From the human T2T-CHM13v2.0 reference genome, Homo sapiens, in the NCBI RefSeq assembly GCF_009914755.1, contig NC_060933.1: a stretch of 64,000 nucleotides of DNA. One strand, written 5' to 3'. A program made the position numbers and the translations under genes. Below are positions 29,414 through 42,205 of this stretch, in pieces (the first letter of the stretch is position 1; every line of letters starts with the position of its first letter). The notes below the pieces were generated by a model. The model saw only the letters and a list, made by a program, of their open reading frames with translations, did not search any database and was not told where the DNA came from.

Positions 29414-29796
29414 GCATCTATTTGCCTTAAGCTTCTTAAGATCAGGAAACTCATCATCTGGATCTCTATAGTCCCATCTCTGAGTACTTTTTCTCATACA
29501 TAGCAGGCATAAGAAAAAGGTTAAAGGCATATAAAAAGGTTTTAGAATAAATGACTATGTAAAATATTTGACATTCAATGGAGATAATAATGATTATAAT
29601 ACTAACATTAATCATTTTAAAGTTCTATGAAATCCAGTGAAAGGAACAATGGCTTGTTCTGGCTGAGATTCTTTATGAAAGCTTTCATGAGCAAAGTCAA
29701 ATTTATGCATGCAGAGGGTGAACAACTTGGTAATTCAAGTCAAACTTGACAGCACATGGCCATAGAAACCACCTTTCAGGCTTCTTTCCTTTAGAG

Positions 29797-30015
29797 CAAG
29801 GTTTCTTAACTTTCACACTAGTGAAATTTTGGGCCAAATAAGTCTTTGTTGTTTGGGACAGTCCTGTGCTTTAGAGGATGTTTTTGCAACATCCCTGGCC
29901 TTGACCCACTAAATGACAATAGCATTCCTCATCCAGTTGTGGCCACGAAAAATGTCTCCAGACATTGCCAATTGTTTAACCTTCTCCCCAATCCCTGGAT
30001 AATTGAGAACCACTG
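29797..30015 (-). mobile_element. MER20 DNA transposon
   Basis: aaaaatgtctccagacattgccaa...ttgagaaccactg. Confidence 0.85.
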
Positions 30016-30082
30016 CCAAAATCAGGGTGACTTGAAGGTAGAGGAGACTGTGGTATATTGAGGGCTCATTAACGTTGCTGGC

Positions 30083-30392
<310 letters not shown>

Positions 30393-32020
30393 TTACCTGT
30401 ATTGAGGGAATGGGTGGGCAGAAATCAGGAAAAGGTCATGTGCTTATTAATTTTATTAAGCTATTGCTCTGCATACCCTCTGTTTTTTTTTGTAATTTTA
30501 GTGGAGTATGAAACTGAGCTTATTATCTCTTCTATGGGGCCTATCCTTCTTTGAGAGAAATGGGAAATTTAAAAATGTGATAATCTATTGGTGAATGGGG
30601 AAAACATCTGCTTAGTGTTACATTTACTAAATGACATGACCAAGTTGTTTTTCGTAACCCTGAGGGTTTTTCAGAGTCTAACTTATACAGCGAGGCTGCC
30701 TCAGGGATTTCTGGGCTGCCAAGGCAGATATGAGACCCATAAAGACTCCTGGAAGATACTTTTTACAGGATCTGGGAGGTCTAAATCTGGCACCTGCAAT
30801 CCAGGATTAAGACATTCACGCAACATAAGGCGGATCTATATTACTTAGTCTTGTTTGGAGAAGGTTTCAAGGTGTCCTGTTATGCTTAGATTCACCTCGA
30901 TGGAATCTATTCTTAGTAATCATCTTTTGAATAAAGGAAGATGGGGTGAAGCCAAATTCATGGTCTCCAGTTTGAGAAACAAGGTTGGTAGGCAAAGGCT
31001 TCCCCAAAGCACCAAATCATACCACTCTGAAACTTTTAGGCCTATTTAATAGGGCAGTCAGTTCAGGCCAGAAGTAGTCAACCTTTTTTATAACCCCCTT
31101 TCAACTGAAAACCTGTTTTGAAGCACAATATATAAACAGATAAAGAAGGATTGGGATGGAGGGAGGAAGAGGGGGCTCCCCTCAGCCGGTCTGCTCACAC
31201 CTTGCCTTGCCTCACGAATGCTCCCTACCCTGCTCTGTTCAGAGGGCTATGTGGGGGCAGTTTGCAAAACAAGAACCAGCAGTTGTTACTTTAAACATGG
31301 AGGCTTCTATCTTGTTAAGTCAAAGAATGAGAATCTCTCAGAAGTCAGCATATCAAGATTGAGCTTAAAAAGCCATCACATAAATAGAAAGAGTAGTTCC
31401 ATGTGAAGCTCTCACTTCAGTGGGGCCTAAATTAAGCAGGGTGTTGGCTGGGCAGATCACAGCCATGGAGAAGAGGGCAAGCAGCCAAGCATAAGCACTG
31501 AGCAGTTGTGTGGGCAAAAGCCCAAGCTGGCTATCATGACCCAGCAATGACAAACTTGGGAAAGTCACTTTCTCCAGTAGCATGAAAGGATGGTCCTCTG
31601 AATATCCTAGCTCAGGATTGTTGCCGCACGTAGCCTCAGACTTAGAAGGATGAGAATAACGCGTGAGGACATGAAGGCTTCAAGCCCTTGAGCCCTCAAG
31701 CTCTTTCCATCATGAATGTAGCCTGGGTTTTGCAAGCTAATAAATTTGGATGAAAGAGTGAGTTTGGTCCAAAATTTGTCAAACAAAAAATATCCAGCCA
31801 GAAAGATTCAGGGATTTTTGGTAAGTCTTGTTCATACAGGAAAAAAGAGAGCAAGGAGCAATTTATAAACTTTTACTTCATCTTATGGTAGAGATGCTGA
31901 ATGTCTCTTCTCTACAAGGAGACTATCAGTTTTAGGGGATACACGGCAAGACCCAACTTTCCAAATCAGTTTGGAGCAGGCGTATTGGCAATCACTCTAT
32001 GTTCCTCACTCCATGTCCCT

Positions 32021-32525
32021 CAGGGGTTCAGGACAGGCTACCCTAACTTACGGCACCTTGGCATATTGAATATTTTAGGCTGAAGGAAATTGAGAAACAG
32101 CATGTGCAAGAAGGTCTCTCTGACCTTTCCCCTTCTTTCTCCCCCAAAGCAGGTCCTAAGACCCTCATATGAGAAATGCCCTTCTTATGCCTGGAGGAAA
32201 GGAATATCCTTGTCTCCAAGATGAGGGACACCAAGAGGAATCTGAATGAACAGGTCTTGCTTTTCCCCCAGCTTATTACTCTTAGTTCATACTGTTTATT
32301 TTCCTTCTCTCATATTTTTCTACAACTCTCCATTCTTCATCCACCTCACTACAAAACATTCAGGTTTAACTAATTGAACTTCACTTCCTAATGAAGGCCC
32401 CCTTGCTACATAAAACTTTAAGTAAGTATGCATGCTTTTCTCTTTGTAATCTGTCTTTTGTTACAGGGGTGCCAGCCAATGAACCCAAGATGGGCAGAAG
32501 AAAAAGATAAGTTTTCTCCCCTACA
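32021..32525 (+). mobile_element. ERV1 LTR (MER31-like)
   Basis: gggttcaggacaggctaccc...ggcaccttggcat...aggtctctctgacctt...ttttctcccctaca. Confidence 0.75.
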
Positions 32526-34394
32526 TTCCCTCAAGAGTAACCCAATCGCTACTCTTGACATTATTCTGCTTTGTGTATCTTCACCTCCTCCTCTCACTGG
32601 AGCCTAACAGTGACTGATATGTGTCTTGTCATGTGTTCTAAGTATTTTACATGATCCTGTAGAACCCTCTTTTAACCTATGGGCTGGGTACCATCTTTAT
32701 CCTCCCATTACAAGTGACAGCCTTGTATTTAAACAACTTGCTCAAGATGCCACAATGAGACTTGGTGGAACCAGGATTTGAACTCAGAGCTTTCTAGCTT
32801 TAGAGTCTTCAGGAGTTCAAGCCTACTTCTTCCCTTTGCAAAATTGCCATTGAAATAGAACCGATCTGTTGATGAGACGATTTTTTTTCATGTGTTTTAT
32901 TGTCAGTTGGTTTTGCCTTATGGTCCTGTGATAAAACTAGTAGTTGTCACAGTAAGTGGAGAACTGGGTGTGGTTGGGTGGGTCTCATTACTCAGAGAAC
33001 TGGGAAGGAATCCTCTTTTGAATATAGTCCCTCTGGGTGTGGAGGTTTGTCTAAGGAAGGAGCAAACATCAGAGCATTCAGAAATAGGGCCAACAATAAA
33101 AGAAAAAAAAAGTTGAGTTAATAAATTAACAAACAAACCCACCAAAGGTTAAATGAATGAATTAGTTGGTGAAGTGAAAGCACGCAAGAACACGGAGAGT
33201 ACATTGTGTGATCCTTGGTAACCTGGCTGGATTGTTATTCAAGACTCTAACAAAGAGACAAAAAAAGCCTCAAGGTTCCTGTCTCCCCATTCTCCTTAGT
33301 TATTTCTACCATATATTGACTGTTCCAAATGGAGCAGAGTCAGATGTGTCTATTTGAAATGCTTTTAGAAGAGTTGCAGGAGGTCTTGTGCACTCCTTTT
33401 GAATATGGTGAAGTTAACTTCCTTTGAGGTGATCCCAAACAGGGTTTGAATGTTAGCTTCACAACTTAATAGGTTTATGAAGAAATAACTTAACTTAAAC
33501 TTAACTTTCCTTCACTGAATCTTCAAAAGGAGATTCTTCAAGCTGAGGACATCTACCATGTTACTAGGACACTTAGAAATTGTTTAGAATACATAACCCC
33601 CACACACACACATACACACCCTAATTCCATGCCTATTGCTCAATAAATATAGCTGTCATTTACTAGGGTTGGGAAGAAAAAAAACAAAAGGCAGGAGGAT
33701 AAAAATCCCAATCGAATTGTCATGATTAATATAGGCATACCATTTCCAGAGTAGCAGCTTGTCTTTCTCTCCTGCTTATATTTGGGCAAGGCAGTTTTCC
33801 AAATCAGGTATTTTCTTATTGAAGGATAGGATCATTTGATCACTTCCATAGTTTGTTTTTACCTTTGGGCTTTTTGTAATATCTTTTTGTGGTTGCTGTC
33901 CAGGTATATCATTACAGAGGTTTAACTTTTTCTCAAATTTCTTTGGTGGATTTATAGAATCTTGTTATTTTGATGTGTAGATGCTGGACGTGGGGATGGT
34001 TATTCACAGATTTAGGTCTCACTTGGCATTAAGGTGGCAGAAGCACACAAGTGACTCTTGGGTTCATTGCAGATGTTATACCTCACCAGAAGCCAAATAT
34101 TCACAAGAAGAAGAAGGGAATATCCAATGTGCCCAAATTAGAATCACCAAAAACTTTCCTTTTCTCACACCGCTGATAACAATTCTGTCTGTAGGTCGTG
34201 AGATGTGGGTTGCTATGGAGAAGAAAAGACTGAAAAATATTATATAGAAAAAAATGGCTGAGCTTATATAATATTTAGGAAAATATATTTCTTTGAGCTG
34301 GCATTGAAATAGAATGCACCGTCCTGTAATGGTAGCAAGAGTTATAAAGTTGATAAAATTTCCTAAGGTTCCGTAAGCCAAATTGTATGTATAA

Positions 34395-34642
34395 TGTATT
34401 ACTTCTGGGCTGAGGCAGGTAAAAGCTAGTGTGCTTCTTCCATTTCTCTCCCCTTCACTTGAAACATCTACTTTTAAGTCCACACATTCCAGATGGCATA
34501 GCTATAAGATGCAGGAAAGTCACAGTCCCCACATGAGACTTTATGTGAAAGAGTAATAAACCTTCATTGTGCAAAGCCACTGAAATTTGGAGGTTTATCT
34601 TCTGTTACTGCACATGATATACAGCCTATCCTGACTAAATCA
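34395..34642 (+). mobile_element. Old MaLR LTR fragment (MLT1I/J-like)
   Basis: aataaaccttcattgtgcaaagccactgaaatttgg...gcctatcctgactaa. Confidence 0.65.
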
Positions 34643-34699
34643 AGGAGATTAGGAATATGCTCATAAGATAAAGCCCACAGGCAATGAGATGTCATCCTT

Positions 34700-34945
34700 A
34701 AGAGATTGACCCGAGTTTTAGTCCAGGTCTGCCACAGACTGTGAAGTAGGCTTCACACAATATGACTAAACTTGTTTCCTCATCTGTAAAATGGGAATAC
34801 AAATATGTACTTCATATTTTTATTGTTGTTTACTTCCGGTGTACTTCAGAAGATTGTGGTAAGAACAAATGAGATCATTTATGCAAAATCAAAGTGCTTT
34901 GCGTAGTTCCTGGTGCAAAATAAGCACTTAATAAAATGTTTAATA
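34700..34945 (+). mobile_element. MIR SINE
   Basis: gtttcctcatctgtaaaatgggaata...aaatgagatcatttatgcaaa. Confidence 0.7.
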
Positions 34946-35262
34946 ACATCTTAAATTTAAACATATAAAATAATACAAAAATATGAAGTGATTAAAAAAA
35001 TACTGAATAATCTTGCCTTGCTGAAGATATCAGTCAAAGCCAATTTAGGGGTCTACAAAAGAGAAGTTCTTAACTTGTAAGACCCACAGATGGATTTTAG
35101 AGGATAGTAAGCCTCATGCAATTGTATGCAAAATTACGTGTATAAACAAATGTGCATTTGTCTAAATTTATTGAATACCAGGTAAGAGTTACTGAGAGCC
35201 TCACTTGGGATAACAGACTGTAATAGAATGGAAAATCACATTTAGAAATAAAATATATTACA

Positions 35263-36412
35263 AAAGCAGAACATAAAAGTTTGGAAAATTTGCAGTCTGA
35301 CAATGCAATAGAAAAAAAATCCCATTTTCTGAGGAGAAATTCAACCTGGCTGCAGAAATTTGCATAAGTAACAAGGAACCCAATGTTAATCCTCAAGACA
35401 ATGGGGAAAATGTCTCCAGGGCATGTTAGAGACCTTTGTGGCAGCCCCTCCCATCACAGGCCTGGAGGCCTTGGAGGAAAAAGTGGTTTAATGGGCCAGG
35501 CCCAAGGTGCCCATGCTGTATGCAGCCTAGGGACTTGGTTCCCTGAATCCCAGCTGCTCTAGCCATGACTAAAAGGGGCCAAGGCACAGCTCAGGCTGTT
35601 GCTACAGAAGGTGCAAGCCCCAAGCCTTGGCACCTTTCATGTGGTGTTGAGCCTGTTGGTGCATGGAAATCAATAATTGAGGTTTGGGAACCTCCGCCTA
35701 GATCTCAGAGGATATATGGAAACACCTGGATGCCCTGGGAGAAGTTTGCTGCAGGGGCAGGGCCCTCATGGAGAACCTCTGCTGGGGCAGTGCAGAAGGT
35801 AAGTGTGGAGTTAGAGCCTCCAAACAGAGTCCCTGCTGAGGCACAACCTAGTTGACCTGTTAGAAGAGGACCACCGTCCTCCAGACCCCAGAATGGTAGA
35901 TCCACTGATAGTTTGTGCAGTGCCCCTGGAAAAGCTGCAGACACTCAATGCCAGCCCATGAAAGGAGCCAGGAGGGGAGCTATACCCTGCAGAGCCACAG
36001 GGGCAGAGCTGCCTGACACTGTGGGAGCCTACCTCTTGCATCAGTGTGACCTGGATGTGAGACATGGAGTTAAAGGAGATCATTTTGGAGCTTTAAGGTT
36101 GAATGATTGTCCAATTAGATTTCGGACTTGCACTGGGCCTGTGGTTCCTTTGTTTTGGCCAATTTCTCCCATTTGGAATGGGTGTATTTACCCAATGCCT
36201 GTTGTATCCCCACTGTATATAGAAAGAAACTAACTTGCTTTTGATTTTACAGACTCACAGGTGGAAGGGACTTGCCTTGTCTCAGATCAGACTTTGGACT
36301 TGGACTTTTGAATTAATGCTGGAATGAGTTAAAACTTTGGGGAACTTTTGGAAGGGCATGATTGTGTTTTAAATTGTAAGGACATGAGATTTGGGAGGGG
36401 CCAGGGATAGAA
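35263..36412 (+). mobile_element. THE1 internal region, 5' part missing
   Basis: cataaaagtttggaaaatttgcag...gcagaaatttgcataagtaac; polypurine tract gggaggggccagggatagaa just before the LTR. Confidence 0.93.
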
Positions 36413-36774
36413 TGATATGGTTTGGCTGTGTCCCCACCTAAATATCACCTTAAATTGTAGTTCCCGTAATCTCCATGTGTCATGAGAGGGACCAGGTGGA
36501 GATAATTGAATCATGAGGCTGGTTTCCCCCATCCTGTTCTCATGATAGTGAGTGAGTTCTCATGAGATCTAATGGTTTTATGAGGGGCTTCTGCCTTTGC
36601 TGGGCACTCATTCTTTTCCTTCCTGCTGTCATATGAAGAAGGACATGTTTGCTTCCCCTTCTGCCATGATTGTAAGTTTCCTGAGGCCTCCCCAGGCATG
36701 CTGAACTGTGAGTCAATTAAACTTCTTTCCTTTACAAACCCAGTCTTGAGTATGTCTTTATTAGCAGTGTGAGA
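36413..36774 (+). mobile_element. THE1C/D 3' LTR, last ~13 nt missing
   Basis: tgatatggtttggctgtgtcccc...aactgtgagtcaattaaac...ttagcagtgtgaga. Confidence 0.93.
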
Positions 36775-36867
36775 GGCTGTGTTATGGGCCATGGTCTTCA
36801 CATTTGGCTGAGAATAAATTTCTTCAAATATTTTACAGAATTTGGCTTTTTTTTTTTTTTGTCAACA
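36775..36867 (+). mobile_element. MER4A-like LTR 3' end fragment
   Basis: gctgtgttatgggccatggtc...tttggctgagaataaatttcttcaaatattttacaga...gtcaaca. Confidence 0.75.
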
Positions 36868-39693
36868 AAGGTATAAAGAACTTTTTATTTTCCTAGAGTG
36901 AAAAAAAATTTGTAGGTCTGTGGGAATTTTCATGCAGGGTCAGAAGAACTTCTCCCACTAAATATATTTTCATGGGACAGCAGGAGATAAAAATAAAGCT
37001 GTATATTAACTAGAACCCTTGGGTCTCATTTGTTCTATATGCCTGATGTATTAGCAATCATTCTTGCTAGTTCCAGTAATAGTCTTGAATAGTGTGTTCT
37101 GACTAGCTGAGCTGTGGTTATGTGCCCAACCCTATACCAGCCTCGATCCCAGAGAGATAACAACTCCGATTTGCCAGATATGAATCATTTGCCCTGAAGT
37201 TAGAGAAGGATTCTGACTTTCCCAAACCATATGGAGTGAGAATGGTAAAAAACTAATCCTCCAAACACATGCTAAGCTGACAAAATAAAACAACTATCAG
37301 TAATATGTGTATTGGAAACTCTTGGGTCATTTCCAATCTGAAGATGCAAATATTTTAAAAGTGACAAGTAGCATGATCTTGGGAAAAGTCTGATTCTAAA
37401 AATCAGCAATCCTGAATTCTAATCATGACATTGCCTCTAAGGAGCTATGTGACAGGAGCCGTACCACTTAACCCCTTGGGGTCTCACTATTCATATATTT
37501 ATATGTCCAGGCTAAAATGTATACTAGATCCTTTTCAATTTAGAACCCTATGGCAGGCATAGAAAGGTTTTGTCTGTCTCTAGAGGGAGGAGTTTGACTT
37601 TGCAGTCATTTATTCTGACTTTCTCCTTAAATCTATGGCAAAAAACCTGCCACAACCAAATGCCCTGGGAAGTTCATTGAAATGTAGGTGATCTACAGAA
37701 ATGTAATTTCAGTGCCTCTCTTTTACCTGCTGGGTATAATCATGGCATAACTGCCTATATTTCTTTGCTTCTAAGAAACTTATGGATCAGGGGAAGTTCA
37801 GATGGAATTTTCATAAGCCCCACAAAACCCACCTTTTTCTTTAAATTGTACCATCTGCCTTGTGGGAAAATCTTACCTGGTTTATTTTCTTCCGGAATGT
37901 GACTCAAAAAGATTGGAGGGAAAAAAAAGTGATAATGCAACTTTGGGTAAAATGTTCTGCAATCCCTTAATATCCCCTGCACAGAAAGTCATTTTCTGCC
38001 TATTCTTGCAGTTTGAGATCACAGGATTCTTGACAACCTAATAGCACTTCATGCCAATAAAGTCAGGACTGTCTTTTTGTTTGATGTTGTTTGGAACATG
38101 CAATTATCTCAAAGACAGGTTGTAGCTAAGCATTTTCATCTGTCCCCAGCCCTTTCCGCCTGGGGGTAGGATATGACATACCTCTCAGTTTCAGTTATAT
38201 GCAAAGGTGCCTAGATTGGCAAGGTTCAGAGCTTTTACCTTTCAGAATGTCCAGTGCTACAAATCTTGCTCTAGGGAAGTTATCTGGCCCTTTCATAATG
38301 ATCCTTTTACTTCCAATATTTGTTTGCATGAAAGCTTCAGAAATTTCTATAGTGTCCCACCTCCATCACCATTCAGATATTATTTCGAAGCTTTTGTCCA
38401 TCTGTTAGATATAGAGTTGGGATCAGATTCTCAGGCCCCAAGCAGGGAGCATTCTGAGTGATGTGCAAGTGTACTCTCCAACCTACTCCTTCCATTTTTG
38501 CACTGTCTCTACCCATCCTGTTCTATGCTCAACTGAGTATTAAAAATTGTAAAGGAACAAATAAGCATTAAAAGGTCAAACCATGGATTTTTGAACGGAA
38601 AACAGATCATATGAAAAGAGAGCATCCTTTTGGGATTGATGTTACTCAGTCTTCATTCCGGTATCAGTAAGCGCAGTATTCCTTATCTGCATTTCTTCCC
38701 TCTGCAACCTTCCTTTGAAATCGAGGGGCAATATGAAAGAGAAATGTCACCCTCCCTCTGTACCACCTTCCTTCTTACTTTTCTGCAGCCTCCTCTTCTC
38801 CACCACTGAACTGCTGTTCTTTGCCATAGCTGCTTCCCTGGTATGCTTTGACTTGAAAAGCACAGTGAGAGCTGTGAGGGCACTGGCTAGCAGCCTGGAG
38901 TAAAAAAATCAGAAGATTTCAGCACAATCTTTGTACCATCACTTCTTTTCTGGGTGAACTTAAACAAGTCAGTAAATCTTTTAGAACTTAAAATTTCTCA
39001 TATATCCAGGGTGATAACATGACCTTCCCAGCTCAACCCATGAGATGGTTACAAGAATCAAATACAATAATGTGTGTGAAAGTGCCATGTACTATGCAGC
39101 AATGTTACTATAATGAATGATCTAGCAGCTAACTTTTATGGGTCATACTATGTGCCAAGTTAGTTATATGCTTTTAAGTTAGTTGTAAGTTAGTTACATC
39201 AATTAAATACTTGCATAGATTAATTCTCACAACCCTCTGAAGTTGTCACTATTGTATCCCTATTTCACTGACAAGATGAAGAAAGTGAAACCTAGAATTG
39301 CAATTTTACCCAAAGTAGCACAGCTATTCACATCAGAGTAAGAGCTGGTTCTTTGAAGCAAATCTGTGTGATGCTAAAGTTAGCTCTTCTTTGCAATGTC
39401 TCTGTAGTATTTCTTTTATGTGCGATGATGAGAAAAATGACACCAAGATATTCAGTGGATCTGGCTCCTTCTTAGCCTCCACTCCCTGATCATTGATATC
39501 CATATAGTTTCATTATCTCTAGATGTAAAAGTTTGAGAAGAACAAATGGCAAAAATTAGAGTCACAGAACATCCAACATATATACTTTACATATAAAGTA
39601 TTTTTTGGATGTGTAACCAAGAATTTTCAAAAGACCAGGATGCCAAAGTATAAATCCACTCTATAAGTTAGAGTATATTAGAACTGCTAATAA

Positions 39694-39833
39694 GGTCAGG
39701 CTTAGTGGCTCATACCTGTTATCCTATCGCTTTGGGAGGCTGAGGAGGGGGGAACGCTTGAGCTCAGGAGCTCAAGACCAGCCTGGGCAACACAGTGAGA
39801 CCTCATCTCTATAAGTTAAATAAAATAAAGGAA
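39694..39833 (+). mobile_element. FLAM Alu monomer
   Basis: Single arm plus A-rich tail. TSD agaactgctaa at 39680-39690 and 39834-39844. Confidence 0.88.
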
Positions 39834-40904
39834 AGAACTGCTAACAAGTACTAAACTCTGTGCCGAATCTAGGAGTATAAAATAAAAGTGTAGCCTCAGG
39901 TCTTGGGTTGTCATTTCTCAGTTCTAGTGTGTGAAGCAGGCAGATAAACAGAGAGTTACAGCTGAGAGCAGTAAGTTCGAGGTGAGAGATGAACTGAGTG
40001 TGCTACAGGACATGTGGGAGCACCAAGTGACTAGAAGTATAGAAAAAAGAGGGCAGGAGGAAAGGCTTCTGGGTGGAGATCTTCACTAACTCAAATGTTA
40101 AAGCAGCACCTGTGTTACCACTATAATAAAATACAGTGCTTCCTCCCACTGTAGTATCTGTGCCTTCAAATCTTATGCCTTCATTCCTTATTTCCCCCAA
40201 ACCCTACCCTGACTTTTCACTTAGTCATAGTTTGAGTATAAGAAAATTCTTGAATCTGAGGACTTCTTTCTCCATATTTTTCCTCAAGACTTGAAATGCC
40301 TAAAAACTGGCACTTTCTTCGTTTTTGGAGGAGGTAAGTCCTAATAAAATCCTTCAACCCTTGAAAATTAACTGAGAGTAGCTTAAAAGTCTTGAAATGT
40401 TATAGAGGCCCCACAGTCACTTCACGTGGCCTAAGACCTTGGGCACTAGAGTTGTGGAGGCCACTGTTTTCATTGCAGAGGAACACTTGGGTACATTTTT
40501 GGCTGGTAGGGCCAATGTGTAAGAGAGATGACAATTTCCTTCATGTGTTCCTTTGTGAAAATGGGCAATAAAGAGACATGAAAGGATTTCTCCAACAGTT
40601 TTGTTTTCAGAGGATTACCTTCCATCGAGTCCACTGCCTATGGATCTTTTTGCCAACAGAGATTATCTGAGAGATCTAGATTTAAATATTAAAAAGAGGA
40701 GAAAAATAGAATATATTTGAAATCTGAAAATCCTCAACGACTTTTTATGAAACATGAATGCAAAAGAACAAAATGTTCTTATGACTCAAACTATGAATGC
40801 AAAAGAACAAAATTAAGTTTTGCTAGTGATATTCTATAATTTGCAATTGCTTGACTGGGCCTGACATTCAGTTATTACAGTTTAATGTCTAAGAATGAGG
40901 GCGA

Positions 40905-41115
40905 TTATGTAGTTAGACTGCCTGGCTTTGAATTCCCAAGCTTTTAATTACTAGCCCTGTAACTTTGTCAAGTTGGTTAAATTTTCTGAGCCTCAGTTTC
41001 CTCACCTGTAAAATGGAGAATGTACTGCTGGTCTTACATGGTTGTTGAGAGGAGAAAATGAGGTAATGCTTGAGTGCACTTAGAATAATGCCTGGAGCTT
41101 ACTCACATGCAGTAA
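40905..41115 (+). mobile_element. MIR SINE
   Basis: ttctgagcctcagtttcctcacctgtaaaatggaga. Confidence 0.8.
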
Positions 41116-41827
41116 GGGATGCAGCTCTTCTGGATTGTTCCATGACCTTTCATTCAGCAGGAAGGGGCCTGGAGTGCTGCTGAGGGCTGGGGTAGTCTTA
41201 GCCCAAGTCAGCAGCTGGGGGAGTAAAGACAGAGCCAAGTTCATATAGGGACAATATAACTTCTTTTGGATGAGGGGGATGTTGGTGGGGATCATGTTTG
41301 GCGGGGTGGGGACTAATATGTCCAAAAGTCCTAAGGGAAAAGCCACATGTTTTGTGCCTCAGGCTTTCAGAGGAGGATTCATGAATGAAGACTCGTGGGG
41401 TTGACCTGACCCGTTTGTGCCTGTCTAAGAACATGAGGCACATTCTCTCACATGGGGGCCCTACTTAATACCTTTCAAGGCTTCGTTTCGTTTTTAACAA
41501 GAAAGTTGCAAGAACTGTCCCTTCTGTTTTCTCAAATATAACTCAGAACTTCAGAGGAGATTCAGTGACACCTACAAAACTAGGGAAGTAGAATATTCCA
41601 TGTCAACAGATTCTTCTCCCACTAACCCACCTTTCCATTGCCATTCTGTTTACATACTTGTCTAGGGCATGGTAAGACACTTCAGCTACTCCCAGATGTT
41701 ATTAAAGAAGAAAAGAAATAAACCTGACTCCAAAGATATCTGTCTTAGGACCTGTCAAAACAATTCCCATTGCAAGTGGAAAAATGCAATCAATTATGTG
41801 TGGGTCTTTGTTATGATTCAATATGTG

Positions 41828-42205
41828 CAACAACTTGGGTGAATCTGCAGAGAATTATACTTAGTGGAGGAAAAAAAGCCAATCACAAAAAATTACATAC
41901 TATATGATTCTCGAAATGACAAAATTCTAGAAATAGAGAACAGATTGCCAGAAGTTAAGGAAGGGGTAAGAGTGGGAGGGATATGATTATGGTAATAAAA
42001 GGGCAACATGAGGGGTCCATGTGATGATGGAAATGTTTTGTATCTTGGCTGTAATCATGTTAGTGTTCTAGTTGTGATATTGTGTTAGAGTTTTGCAAGG
42101 TGTTACCATTGTGGGAAACTGGGTAAAGGGTACATGAAGTCTCTTTCTATTATATCTAACAATTATGTGAATCTACAATTATTTAAAAGTAAAAATTTAA
42201 TGAAA
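41828..42205 (+). mobile_element. L1MC-like 3' end
   Basis: gaaatgacaaaattctagaaatagagaacagatt...gttttgcaaggtgttaccattgtgggaaactgggtaaagggtaca. Confidence 0.8.

Noticed and set aside
35565-36233. 96-106 aa ORFs
   Set aside because: Degenerate THE1 internal sequence.
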